Origin: Schmidtea polychroa
Lineage: Eukaryota
DNA: 64,000 nucleotides
Direction: 5' to 3'
Assembly (NCBI GenBank): GCA_044892525.1
Contig: CM097885.1
Coordinates: forward strand, 9,426,001-9,490,000
This document shows positions 1 through 29,173 of this stretch, piece after piece (position 1 is the first letter of the stretch; the number at the start of each line of letters is the position of its first letter). Made by a program: the position numbers and the translations under genes. The notes under the pieces were generated by a model, which saw only the letters and a list, made by a program, of their open reading frames with translations, ran no database searches and was not told the origin of the DNA.

Positions 1-534
1 AATATATGGCCTCTTGGTAATGCTTAATTCCATAATAATAATTGGTATTTAATTTGTTAATACACAAATACCTGGAAATACTGATAAAATAACGATAGTT
101 GCCCTAAAACAAATTGCTGTATAACGAATCACTTATAGTCATAAAAAGCTGTACATAATAATAGCATTTACATAAACATAACATGACTTTAACAACATTA
201 TAAAGCATTTCATTTTATGGTCAACTATCTAGAAAACGATTTTGGCCGCAGAGTAAAGAATTAGTTTAAAGTATTATGGAAAAAGTTTGTTAACTAACAA
301 TGTTTTAATATTACAGAATTTGTAACATTTTCTAAAATAATTAAATAAATTTTTTCTGAAAATATTCAACTGAGTTCTGTCCACTTTGATTTAAAAATAA
401 ATACAAATTTGATTTAATATTTGTCAATTTTTCTTTTAATGACATTTTAATATTCAATAACGATAGATCAATAAATTTGTGGTTATATATAATTTACTGA
501 TTCATAGGGAAAGCTAATCTATAACGGTTGTTAC

Positions 535-3500
535 CAGGCCCGTACCGTCGGGGGGGGCCCAGGAGGGCCCGGTCCCCCCAAATAAAAAAACGGACATGAA
601 TAAAAAATGATGGTTTTACTTCAAGGTGAAAATGAAATAAACAATTACATTTATTCATGTACCATAAATGATCTAATAAGCACTATATAATGGGCCGAAT
701 CCTAAAGAAACCTTTTAATTAAAGTCGGAGCATCGTTTTAAATTTCACTAAATAAAAACTTTCTCGTATCCTAATTAACTGAGACTTAATCATTTTCTTA
801 AGTTAAAAAAGATTCTCTAACAAAACTTTCAATGGGTGGTGAGGTCTTTTAAATTAGTAAAGCAATGTTACATGTCGCGAAATTTCTCAGATGTGTACGG
901 AATTCAAACCCCGGAGTGTGTCTATAAATTTCCCCAAATCGTTAAAGGGTAGTGCTGGACAATTAAAATATTAGCCTCACAGGATTGCTTAACACCAAAT
1001 GTTAACAGCGCAACAATTGTCGATACCAAACGTTGTCGACAACAGTTGCTCTGATGTGAATCACTGCATTACATTCAATATGTTTGATAAAAGAAAAATT
1101 GCTATCGTGCACACATGCATTGACATGGGTGTGCATGAGTTGCACATGTAGAGGTTTATGTAGTATGGACGGGGGTAGGATGTTCCATCTATCTGCCTCA
1201 CTGGAAGAGACTGGCATGTGAAGTCGGTGGCGTGGGTAGGGTGCGTGCTGTCTGCTTTCCTGCCTCACAGGCAGTAACAACGCATGGAGGCATGATTGAG
1301 TGTCAGAGCACGGAGTGGGTGCATTGTGGTCTTTATACGATGGTAGAGAGATAGGCCAATGAGAGCACATCACATGTCATTATACTCAACTCACTCCTAT
1401 GGCAGAGTGACATGTTAATTGATCATATTTTGTAACATTATTTTCATCGTATTAGAACATGTCGACACAAAAGAGTATCATGAATTTCTTCCAAGTCATT
1501 CCAAAGAATTCTGTGACATCAGTCACTTCATCCAGTGATAGTATCTCTGCTACTATGTCCTCAACTTGTGCTAGTCCTTCATCTGTACCTGCTATTTCAT
1601 GTATCCGTGACAGTGCAGTGATGTCCTCATCTTCTTGTGCACCTGCTAAGACTCTGTCATCTACTAAATGTGATCTGGGTGAAGAAATGCCACGCCAGCC
1701 AACTGATGTAAATTTCCCAAAGACTTCGTTTGGTTCAAGGGAACGCTCATTTTTGTCTGTGTGGTATAATGGAAGACCATATTTGGAGTACTCTATTGAG
1801 AAAGATGCAGTCTTCTGCTTTTGCTGTAGAAAATTTTCATTGCCCGGCTCTGCTGGCGAAAGTGCTTTCAGAACAGGAGGATTCCGAAATTGGAAATCGG
1901 CTCTAGAAAAAGGTTTTCAAAAGCATGAATCTTCTGCTGGCCACATCCATGCCATGGAACGCTGGAAAGAGAAACAGCTGACATGTGAAAAAGGTGAGGA
2001 AGTTTGCACTTTGATTAATGAAACACAGCTGAAGAACAACCGTTATTATGTCAACGAAATCGTTGACGTTGTAAAGTTTCTTGTGACAAATGAATTAGCC
2101 TTTCGTGGTGACAGTTTCAGTAGAGACGATATTGATGAGGATGATAAGCTTCCGTGTGGTCTATTTTTACGTCTCTTCGAATACACTGTTAAGAAAAATC
2201 CTGAGCTGGCTCGTACCATTAAAACGATTCCCAAAATTGCCACGTACACATCACCTCGAATTCAAAATGAAATTATCGCGTTAATGGCATCAATAGTGCA
2301 AGAGTCAATTGTTAAGAAGTGCAAGTCTGCGGATGTTGAATATTTTACTCTGAAGGTGGATGGTACCAAAGATCGAACAGGGACTGAGAATGTGTCGATT
2401 GCCATAAGGTTTGTCTCAGCAGGACAACCTCAGGAGCACTTAATCTGCATTTCCCGAACAATTGCTCTCAATGCAGAGGCCTTCACAGATGTAATTTTGA
2501 CAACCTTGAAAGAGGCTCAGTTGGATCCTAAAAATATAATTTCCTAATGCTATGATGGAGCCGCTGTTATGTCTGGTCAGCATGGTGGGGTGCAGGCCTT
2601 GCTTCAGGAGCGTCTACAAATAGAAATTCCGTATGTCAATTGCTTCAACCACAAGTTGCATTTGGTTGTTGTGTGTGCCGTTTCTGAGTGCCAAAAACTG
2701 CGGGACTTCTTCGACATATGCAGAAACTTATACACATTTTTGTCATATCCTAAGGTTGCGGCCATATATCACAGCGATAAATTGACACGGCTCATGGAAC
2801 ATCGTTGGACAGGACACTTGCAGACGACTCAGGCAATAACAACTAATTATGATACAATTGTGAATTTGCTTGAGATGTGTTCTAGTAGACATTCTCACTT
2901 TTCAATTGATATTCAATTAGAAGCTACTGGACTCTTGCATCGAGTCAATGAAGTGGAGTTTCAGTTCATTGCACACATGGTGCTCTCATTGCTGACTATC
3001 CTTGAAACAGCCAACAATAGCTTGCAGGGTCAAGCAATGGACCTTTCTTCAGCATGTGATGTTATGGATGCCGTCATAGAGCGCATTCACAGCCTACGCA
3101 ATGAAGAGGAATTCCAAGTTCTTTTTGGGAAATTCGAAGGTCAAATGAATATGGAACAGACACCAAAAAGAAGAAGAACTCAGATGAACTCAAAATTAGA
3201 CAACTTCATTGTGTTCGGATCTGTGGGACAGCCAGAACACCAGGCCTTGCCTATCAGATGCGCATATCGCCAGATGTATTACGAAGTCGTTGATAGGACT
3301 CTGCAGGAACTAACAAAACGCTTCGGTGTCACCAACAGAAGCCTTTATAAGTCTCTTGCATGTTTGAAGACTGATCACGCAAACTTTTTGAATATTGAGG
3401 AGCTAAAGACTTTAGCGACACTGTGTGGCGTGGACCTAAGCGAAACCCAACATGAATTTGAAACTGCAAAGGTTTTCCTATTGAAGAGAGCCAGTACTGT

Positions 3501-4198
3501 GACAAACGTTCATCAGTTAGTGCAAGAACTGTACTCATACCGAGATGCTTTTCCATCTGTCTATCGTCTTGCAGCTTCTGCACTGACAATCGGTGCTTCA
3601 ACTGCCACATGTGAGGCGACTTTCAGTACTTTATCTCGTGTCTTAACTCCCTTTCGTACGTCGATGAGCCATTCTCGTAAAGCCAACCTTGTATTGCTCT
3701 CATTTGAAAGTGACATCAGTAATAACATCAAATCTGATGAGTTTCTTCGGCGGTTTCATGAAATGAAAAATCGTCGACTGCAGCTATTTTGAGTCATGTC
3801 GATATCTCACACACGTAATTTCTTTTTTCTGGATCTAGTTCCTGTGTAATTTCTATTGCACTCACCTTTAGTTTTCAAATCTGTGTGACTGTGTGTTCTG
3901 TCTTTGTATGTCCAATTGTCCGTCGTGCAAATACATGCAGCTATTTGTTTTTTGTGTTTGTTCCTAAAAAATGTGCGAAAATCATTTCCTATATACTAGT
4001 ATATACAATAATGTAACAAAATAATGCTCAGACAAAATGTCGATTTTGCTTTCCTTTTTTTTAAATTGAACATTTCGGAGTGCAAAGTGTGAGTAGTGAC
4101 TAGTCTGTTTTCATAAAATACTTAGTTTACACGAGAATTACTGGCCCCTTTAATGAGAGTCTGGGCCCCCCGTCAAAAGGTGTCACGGTACGGGGCTG
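535..4198 (+). mobile_element. Complete hAT DNA transposon (ZMYM1/TTF zinc-finger type)
   Basis: TIRs caggcccgtaccgt (535) and acggtacggggctg (ends 4198), 13/14 match. Perfect 8-bp TSD gttgttac at 527-534 and 4199-4206. Internal transposase; visibly more GC-rich than the flanks. Confidence 0.97.
1459..3792 (+). pseudogene. hAT transposase with a single in-frame nonsense codon
   Basis: ORFs 1459-2547 and 2569-3792 are in the same frame. TAA at 2545-2547 replaces the Q of the usual (Q)CYDGAAVMSG motif. Also has TTF zinc finger (FCFCCR..HESSAGH), DGTKD, CFNHKLHL, RW and CEATFS dimerisation motif. Confidence 0.93.
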
Positions 4199-5092
4199 GT
4201 TGTTACATTAGACCAGTAATGCACAACCTGGAGTAAGTTCAGTAAACTTTCAAATTTATAACCAAATATATTTGAAAAAAATAAAATTAGTTTTCAACTG
4301 TAGCCAATAGAAAAAGAAAAAAATATATATCTTTTTCCTTACAATATACAATATAACATTAAACTGAGATTTCTATAATACAAGTTGGTTTGTAAATCTA
4401 TGGAGGATTTATGACTTGTAATCAGTTATTTTCATTCAATTTATGAATTTTCTTTTTTCTTGTAATTTTTGCAATTGAAGTGAGTTTTAATAAATTTTAA
4501 ATTAATTTTTTTATGTTTTCATCATTTTTTTATTTTATCTGCAACTCATATTTTTAACATGTGTCTCACACCAGTGTCTTTGGCATTGAATTCTTAATTT
4601 TAATCTGCCAACTTTTTCAAAATAATACAATTTTCACAAAATTTTTATTCCATGAATTATTTATACGTATTAAAAGTTGACATACATTTTTACTGTGTTG
4701 TGTTTGTGTATGTTTTCTACCACTTTTCGATTTCTATATAAAATTTTTATTCCATGCAACATTAAAGTTTTACACCCAGGTAAGTTTGTTGGTTTCGATA
4801 ATATAACTTAATTGATTTTTTTATTTTATAGAAGTTTTTATTCTATGCGAACGAATATTCCAGTTTTATTTCCTGTTAGTGTGACCTTGAATTTTAATAA
4901 TGTTAATTAGTGTTAATTATTTTAATGCTTTACCAAAAAATAAAATAGCCAAAACAATTTTTGTAAATAAAATTGATTAACATCTATTAATTTGATATTT
5001 TTATCTTTTATAAAGAATATAGTAGAGAATTAATAGAAGATGGGGGTTTATTCACCGTTTTACAGTATAAGCATTTTACAATTCATTTTTAA

Positions 5093-5327
5093 CCCTTTCG
5101 CGGACGCACTTTTTAGTTGCTGTTCCCAGAACGTCACTTGCCATATCTTTTACATTTTTAAAACAATATAACTTTTCACTGGGACACTTTTTTATACTGA
5201 ACAAATTTCCATAGACATTAAATGCACACAATTCATATAAACTCATATTTCGTGGCGTGTATAGCCGTCATGATTTTATTAGCAAAATAATTTTTGACGT
5301 GTATACACGTCATTGTCCATTAAAGGG
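5093..5327. mobile_element. piggyBac-type MITE
   Basis: TTAA-ccctttcgcggac ... gtccattaaaggg-TTAA. Confidence 0.8.
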
Positions 5328-6509
5328 TTAAAACTACTTATTTATAAAATAGTTTTTTTTAATAGGAAATTATAATTGTGTTCAGGGACGGCTCTTCCAT
5401 ATAGGCGAAGTAGGCGTCCGCCTAGAGCGCTCAATTTTGTAAGGCGTAAAAATATTTTTATAAATTATTTCTTGAATATAGAAAAATTTTTTTATTTATT
5501 TAAATATGCGTTTGATGATTTAACATTTTTTTATAATAAATTTATCTTCAAATAATGATAGAATTTAGCTGTATTCTAGCTCAAATTTGGTGAAGTCTCG
5601 TAAGGATTTGTATGCATTTCTTTGAATTATAAAATCAAAGAATGTTTTTTGTGGAATTTTAAAATACAAATGTGGCCATGTCTCCTAAACTATATAAGCT
5701 AGCCTCATCAAACTTTGCAAATTAGTCAAGGTTGGTCAGGTTAAGTTAGGCAAAGTTTGGTTTGGTTAGCTTACATAGTTATATAGATTGAAACGTTATG
5801 TTTCAGTTGACATTCTTTAGGGTAGCTCTTCATAAAAGTTTAAAAAATTTCTTTGGCCTTTTTATCCAAAAGTTAAATCAATATAAACATGGATAAAGAG
5901 GACAATCAAAATCACTTACAATATGGACGATTTGAATAATTTCTTCTGGTAATTCCAACGGCAACAAATGTTCATTCCACAAATCAAATATATTTTCTTT
6001 CCTAAATTTATGACATTGAAACAAATTTATTACAAATGCAAATAATGAATTTCAGAATATAGGATATAATTGAGAAATAAAATCAAGAATATAATAATTA
6101 AAATTTTTTTGTAGTTTTTGACAAAATTTAACAGTGAAAATAAATATTCGATTTCTTCAATAAATTTTAAAACATTATTTTCAATGTCAAAAGTATCTTG
6201 AGGAGTTTTAGAAAATTCATCTGGACGTGGTAGCTACACTAGACAGTGTTGCTCGAGTATTTGTTGAATACAGTAGATGAGAATATTTTCATAAGTTTAT
6301 TATTTTTCAAAGATATTTAAAACAAATTGTGTCTTGAGCACGAAAACATCAAACACTTCATTTTACAAACAACTTAAATTTACTATTTTGTATCACAAAT
6401 TTATATTATATATCTAATTTTAAATAGTTAATATATTATTCCAAATTATTATTTACATAGAATACTTATATTAAATGCTTAATAAATCAATTTTATAGCA
6501 TTTATTAAA

Positions 6510-7740
6510 TTATAAGCGCAAATCAAACATTCGTCTCACGATATATTTCGACAGTTTTTCTGTCATCATCAGGTAGGATATAATATTTATAGGAATTATA
6601 GATTTTTAAACAAATTTATTAATTGTATCAATTATAATAATTATATTTAATTTTTTAATACAAATATTTTAATCTTTAAAATTATAATTGAAATAATAAC
6701 AATTTTAACAATCAAATATAAAATTTTTACAATATTGAAATTTATAAACAACAATCAATACATTCAATATACAAAAAATTATTTTAAAACATTTAAAACA
6801 CAAATATTCACTGCATTCTGCACATTAATTTTCGGATTCAATGACTTTATCAATAATGCTTCAAAAATTACACATTTCAATGATTATTGAAATTGTTTAA
6901 TAAAATTATAAAATAAGACATTTATTTTACTCTTACAGTTTTAATGTGCTCACTAATATTGGTCAATGTCTTCGGTTTATAATGTTCTCAAGCTCGAATG
7001 CAGAGATGAAGAGAAGTCTCTCCAATGTATGTGGCTTTACACTCATTACATCTAAGCTGATAAACGAGATCAGAACACAATTCAACTGGAGTTTCAGATT
7101 TATTAATAAACATATTGCATACTTTACATGAATTTGAAACAATCCTATAGTTTAAATTCCCTAACTTCCATTTATAATCCTAAAAATCTTTTGAGTACGC
7201 CAATCATCTTTACATACACTATTTAATTTATTTAACTCATCAAACTCACACCCAAATTTTCTCAAACATGGACTCTTAGTATTTTTATTAAATTTATCTA
7301 CAGTCTCCTTTACGATAATTAATAAAAAGGATTTTGAATAACCATTCTTCATAAACAATTCAACCAGACAAAGAAAATGAACGATAAATCAATCCCTTCA
7401 CCATATTTCTCTAATACTTGAATTCCAAAAGAAAATAGCACAAATAGTAGCACAATTTATAAACGATATCTCCAGGATAGTAATGAATTAAATACCAGAT
7501 AATTGAGGCATGAAATAAACCAACTGGATTCTGTAAAATCAATACCAAAAAATCAGGGTACAAAAAATTAATAAGAAATCCAGCAAAAGATAAAATCATA
7601 ATCAGCACATAATTCGCCCGTGGATGCAATTTAATGAAAGATGGATACGAGAACAAAATTGCTAATATTGAAATATCGAGGCATATTTAGAGAATATAAA
7701 TAATATGATAAATCATTATTCATATTTTGAAACATTTTTG
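6510..7740 (-). mobile_element. Degenerate Penelope-like retroelement (GIY-YIG endonuclease remnant plus terminal repeat)
   Basis: Minus-strand fragments resemble YIGET...R..EH and EALLI...NPKIN. Hammerhead motif in the terminal repeat; related copies at about 10830, 19450 and 34170. Confidence 0.8.
6535..6577 (-). ncRNA. Minimal type I hammerhead ribozyme motif (Penelope-associated)
   Basis: Minus strand reads cctac-CTGATGA-t-gacag aaaaa ctgtc-GAAA-tatatc-gtgag. Confidence 0.65.
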
Positions 7741-7779
7741 AAATATTTAAACGAAAAGTTCTTTCTTAAAATTTTAAAA

Positions 7780-8645
7780 CACGGTAGATGCGTTACTGAC
7801 AAACCTGTGTAATTCGAAAAAAAATCATTTTTATACGGAAAAATTGTGTAAAACGAAAACGACTATAAATAAGCTTTTTTAGATGTTTATTGAACACAAA
7901 ATATGGCTAATACATTTAAGAAAATATAAAAATATAATTTAAATCATAGAAAACATAAAAATAGTTAATTTTATTTAAAAATAAAAAATCTATTTCATAG
8001 AAAAAATATCAGATTCATCATTGGATAACATAATCTCATTATATTCTCCTACAGTTGCTGTATTAATTTTAGTCGCAGTTTGTTGAGACTTTTCAGGAAA
8101 AATGTCTGGAATAAGCATTTGTGTTTTATTTCTAGTCATATCTTTGTAGACTTCTTCATACTGTTTATTAACATCTCTTTGAAATTTGAGAGCTCGTTCA
8201 ACATTCGGATCATGTTCTTGAAAATAGTTTCCTAATTTTCTTCCTAATACAAGTTCCTCGTGAACGACTTTTGCTGTGAATACACTAGGTTCATAGTCTT
8301 CAACGGCAGATTCAGCATCATATTCGTTTTCACCAATAATTTTGACAATTTAAATTAAGTCATCTTCATGTAATTCCTGGTCTTCCATTATTTCAGCAAT
8401 ATCAACAAAAATAAAAAGTTTAAAATGTATAGGTAAACAATGATGATATTCGTTCTGTTGTTTAAAATTAATTAATTAGACACATAAAATTTTGCATTGA
8501 ACACTAAAAAGAGGAATTCCCATTTTCTTTGTGTTTTTATTATCATTTTTATTACGGTTTTATTAATCATTTTCTATATGATTTTTTGAAATTTTTTATT
8601 TTAAAACTGTGTAAGATCGAAAACGTGCAAAACGAGGGATGTAGA
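7780..8645 (-). mobile_element. pogo/Tigger element remnant (TIGD1-like C-terminus)
   Basis: Minus strand about 8000-8410 reads ...FQEHDPNVERALKFQRDVNKQYEEVYKDM...QMLIPDIF, with an internal stop upstream. Element ends are approximate. Confidence 0.65.
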
Positions 8646-8829
8646 AATGATATGTAGGTGTAATGTAAGTAAATGATATCCGATAGAAAATAATTGTAAA
8701 ATATTCAATTATATAATTTCGAGAAATAAAATTAGTCAGTTAAAAAGTTATTATTTTAAGATAATCTTTTCAAGGTCTATTTTAAAGAGAAATTAAAATA
8801 ATGCAGTTAATTTATTATAAAATATAATT

Positions 8830-24038
<15,209 letters not shown>

Positions 24039-25094
24039 TAAACTAAATGAAGCGCACCAATAGTTATATTAAATAGATTCAATAAAATCTCAGGTCAGGT
24101 GAAAAAAGTTTAAAAATTAGCGACTTTTTAATCAGTTATAATATATATGAATGACTTTTATGTATCTTTGAATGGATATCACATAAATGAGGTATGATTC
24201 CAGAAGGTATGAATCCAACTGGTCCATTCTGCCGACAGGGCAATACGAAATTTGTGCTAAGCCCTTAGTTATGATTTATATATAAAAAGGTTTTACATAG
24301 AATTGAAAAGGGGCTTTAAAACGCTTTTAAGACAATTTTACTATCGAAAACAAACATAGATCTAATATGGGAATAAATTGCAGAGAATCAAGGTTTGTTA
24401 ATCTCTAATGTCCACACAACGTTCGAATTTGTAAAGTTATTTGGAAGTCAAAATATGTAGTGAAAATTGATCCCTTTCAATAATTGAAGACGTTCGCATA
24501 AATGACTACGACATAACTAGATCATTAAGAAATCAAGATGATGTTGGATATATGGTGGTGGACTTTAAAGGGCTAATTGAAACAGCCTGATCTTTCACGT
24601 CAACTAAAAGGACAGCTTAAATAAATGATGAATCTAACTTACTAACCTTATAGTTTAGATACTGCAAAAAATGGTTACCATTTCTTTTGGTAATTACAGC
24701 ATTGCTCAAATCTTACGTCTTACACAAGAAAGGATTCGTTCTTTACTTTAAAGTTTCAAAAAAATTTCATTAGATTAAATTGTCTGTTGACTTGTAAAGT
24801 CTGCTAAATATTATAATACAAAAATGTTGTTAAAGTAATTGCAAATCCATGCATCAAAATGTTAGACGATAATAATCCAAGGGTTCATGCCATGGTTATA
24901 TATTTATTATTTATACAGTATTTTATCTTTGCACTTTTCACATACGAAATCATTAATAAGCGACTACTTACATGTTTTCAATATGTTGTGCTGTTTATAG
25001 GTGTTTGTTTCATTAATTAATTAATTAAATAAATAATAATAATTTTCGTTATTAATAATAAATTGAGTACGAATCAGTAAAGAAATGTTTTATG

Positions 25095-26334
25095 TTGATA
25101 TTCACAAATTTTCGGCACAGCCATTTTCAAATGATTACAATAATTATTTATTAATTTTAAGAATATGGAAAAGTGAAATTATGTGATGTCAAATTAACCT
25201 ACTTTCCGTGATTGATTGAGCTGAAATTTGACAAGTAGATTCGTTGTGAAGAACACTGCATGCTATCAAAATTTCAGACCGATTTGTTCACGGAAAGTGA
25301 GTTAATTAAAAAAAATATTGATATGCCAAATCTAGTGTTATTTCCTTGTTTTAATATAAATTCTTATCTATTCATTAACTTCGAATTAAAGAGATAACAT
25401 AATTATATCTAAAATATGTTGAAATTAAGAGAGTAAAATATTGAGAAAGTTTCAAAAATCATGTATTTTATGGTTGATTTTTTATTTAGTTGAACGATGG
25501 TGGATAGTTCGAATTTTTTTTTTCAATTAATTTTCACATCAAATATTTTATGGCTTCAGAAGAAAGTTAATTCTAGATTAAAGATTTGTTTTAATTTTCA
25601 AAAAATAGTGTTTAATTTTTCTCAATTTATTCTGGTAAAATGACGCAAAATTTGCAATTTTTCTATTAAAAAATAATCTCTTTCAAACACCCTTTTCAAA
25701 ATAAAAAGACTATTTTTGTCCTGTCTTAGAAACACTTATGTAATTGTTCACTAGAGCTGTTTCCAGTTTATTTTTATTCTTTCACACTATAGATCAGAGA
25801 TGGCGAACCTTTTACTGTTTGCGTGCCAATAAAAATTTATTTTTAAAAAATCAACCATAAAAACATGGTTTATGAAACTATATTTCACTCTTAATTTCAA
25901 TATATTTTAGATATAATTACGTTATCTCTTTAATCCGAAGTTAATGAATAGATAAGAATTTATATTGAAGCAAGGAAATAACATTAGAGTTGACATATCA
26001 ATATTTTTTAAATTAACTCACTTTCCGTGAACAAATCGATCTGAAATTTTGATAGCATGCAGTGTTTTAGACAACAAATCTACTTGACAAATTTCAGCTC
26101 AATCGATCACGGAAAGTAGGTTAATTGGACATCACAAAATTTGCGTGGCACATACATACAACCATCAGTGAAGTTAATATAGAGAGAATAAAAATTGCGC
26201 AAACATAAAACTTACAATTAATTTCATCCAATAAAATCAGTATAAAATTATTTTCACTTTCCATATTCTTAAAATCAATAAATAATGATCGTAATCACTT
26301 GAAAAAGGCTGTGCCGAAAATTTGTGAATATCAA
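25095..26334. repeat. Long inverted-repeat (foldback) structure
   Basis: 25095-25180 is the inverse of 26250-26334, and about 25184-25485 is the inverse of about 25845-26134. Confidence 0.85.
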
Positions 26335-28326
26335 AATAATACAAAGAGAGTAAATAATTTTTCAGGCCAAATTTCTTTTAACTCTATCAATAGTGTGAAC
26401 CTCTGAATACTATATCTACATATTATCACCCATTCATTACTGAGCAACTAATTAAAACAAATAAAGACTGAATTTTTCCCAAATATTTTTGTTAAATGAA
26501 TTCAAGAGCATTTGGAATGCAAACTTTAGAAATAAAAATGACAACATAAAATGCATTAAAATAAATCTTTTCTATTTCAAATTGTATATAATGAAATATT
26601 TTTATTTATTGGGGTGACCAAAAGGTCAAGTCGAATTTGTTTAGTACCTAGCATTTTTGCGTTTTCTAGTTTACACTTCAATAACTTTTAAAAAATGTAG
26701 TGTTACATAGAAGTAAAAAAAATTGACCTATTGTTGTAATGAAAATAAATGAAATGTTAAAAGAAAATAAAAATAAATTAAATGCATATAAAAAATAATG
26801 AAATTTATTGATAATAAAAGAGTTGAGAAATAATTAAAGAAACGTTCACTTTTGTTTAAATTTTCTTGAAATCATTGTTTGGGAAATGAATGGCATAAAA
26901 GTATACTTTCGAAAAGATGATTTTATAATTTCCGCAAAGAAAAAAAAAATTTACGCACATAGAAAGTGATGAACATGGTGATGGAGATGGTGTTGTAAAT
27001 GAATGAATTATTTAAAGGTGATTTGAAAAGTTAAGTGGGGAATTTTAGTTCTGTTCCTTTAACAATACTAGCCTATAATAAATTTTGAAATTAAAAAAAC
27101 CATACTGCTAGCGAGTAACTATTTTATTTTTTAAAAAGAAATTTCAACACAATAATTATAATGTATTTAATATTTAAAAAATAAAAGTATGTGTGTTTGT
27201 ATGTCCTGATATATAAACTTCAAATTATGGGTAAAATTTTTTTTTTTATTTTCAAAATTTTTATCCGAAAATACCGCATTTTAGACGATTTTAAAAATTT
27301 ATTATTTTTTCATTTTCTCTTTGTTGTCTCATTTTATTATTTTATCCTCTCGGTACGGTATATCTGAGTAGGGTAAGGTAAGGTGGGATTGTGATTTCTG
27401 TACAGAAAGGAAAAAAATAAAAGAAACTTTCATGTAATTATTTTTTTGTTAGTTTAACATTACTGTATGGGGCAGTTTGTAATATTTTTTAATCTTCGGG
27501 TAGCCCTGCTAGTTATTAATAATCATAAATTTTATTGCAATAAAATTTTTACTTTAATACTATAAAAATGATCAATATAAATAAGATTTAACATTCCCTA
27601 AAAATTTAATTAAGATTAAATTTATTGTAATATTCAATAAAATTTCTAATGGCACACTAGTTTCAAGACCATTTGGCTCATATTAGTGCCATGGAACAAT
27701 TCGATATCACAATATAGTGATAATGTTGATTTAGTTGCTTTAAAGATCTTTGGATTCGATATCTTGTACATTATGCAATGCAAACCAAATAATCTCAAAA
27801 CTAGTTTACTATTAGAAATTACACCGAATATCACAACATATATATTATTTTAACTAATTTAGTCGTTTTTCAACTGCTTAGTTCATATAAATTTAGCATT
27901 AAACATATCGTATGAGATTTCGCCCAGTGAAAATAAATAACTTTTAATTATTATTTATTAGAATTTTGGAAAGGCGAATCAGAGGAAATTTAACATAAAT
28001 TTTGAGTTTAATTAGATAATCAATCAGCATAGAAAAACAAACCGAATAAAATAAAATGTAATAATTTAATAAATACCAAAATCAGAATGCTCGGCATAAA
28101 AAAAATCAGAAAAATATATTTGAATTCACCGAATTCATTGATTTATTTAAGTGCATTTCTTTCTTAGTTAAAAACAGCGCAAAAAAATAATTCAAAAATC
28201 ATTTATATTTGTAAAAGCATGCTGACGTCATACTTGTAAATCACAATGGGCCTCAGATTTCTGTAGAAAAGTATTGATATTAATTAATAAATCACAATAA
28301 ATTTTCAAAAATAAATCAATCAAATG

Positions 28327-28456
<130 letters not shown>

Positions 28457-29173
28457 GTTAATTGGCCAAATATTGAATGAAAATTAATAAATAAAATATG
28501 ATAGACATATGTTGAGTGTAAATTATAAACGCTTCATAAAATTCATTTTATTCTGTTTTACTTTTTTGAAAATTTAAAATGACCTTGAAAATTAAAAATT
28601 TAATTTGTAATGAGTCGGCGAACAAAAGATTGAGCTGATAGAATGAATCGCAATTATCAAAAGGCGAGAGTGGGCGAGATAATGTGATATCGTGTGCACT
28701 TCTGTGTGGTTTGACAATGCGATTTTTATTGATTTTTAATTAATTGAATTTTAGTCACTGTGAACTATTAATGATGTTGCCATTGTCAAATTTAATGGAT
28801 TTATTTTTAGAATTTTAATGATTCGCATTTCTGATCGGCATTTATGATCAAAATAAGCCACCTCATTCTGGACTCGGATGCTAAGTAGGATCTTTTGTCA
28901 AAGTATACAAATTTGTGACAATTATTAATAAATCTTTACAAAGTAAATAAAAATCTTACAAGATTCAGGGTTGTAAATTTTTTTGAGCAATCTAGATTTA
29001 ATTTTTAATTTGTTGATAATTAAAATAAATTTTATTAATTATTTGAATCTTGAGCATAGTCAGATTTTGTTTAGGAAATGATATTAGTGGCAATTACTGA
29101 CTCATTGTATTCTTTAATCAATAAATCCCAGCACATATTAGATATCACAAACAATTAAATCGTTATAACTACA

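Noticed and set aside
1002..1373. 123-aa minus-strand ORF in the hAT 5' region
   Set aside because: No domain recognised; probably a chance ORF in GC-richer element sequence.
2545..2547. TAA read as Gln (alternative genetic code)
   Set aside because: The kinesin-like exons and polB use CAA/CAG for Gln with no in-frame TAA/TAG, and polB ends in TAA. A single C>T change is the simpler explanation.
1..6240. Further minus-strand host gene (exon-like pieces near 1-105 and 5775-6240)
   Set aside because: Splice-like signals are present, but I could not build a stop-free phase-consistent chain, so it is not called.
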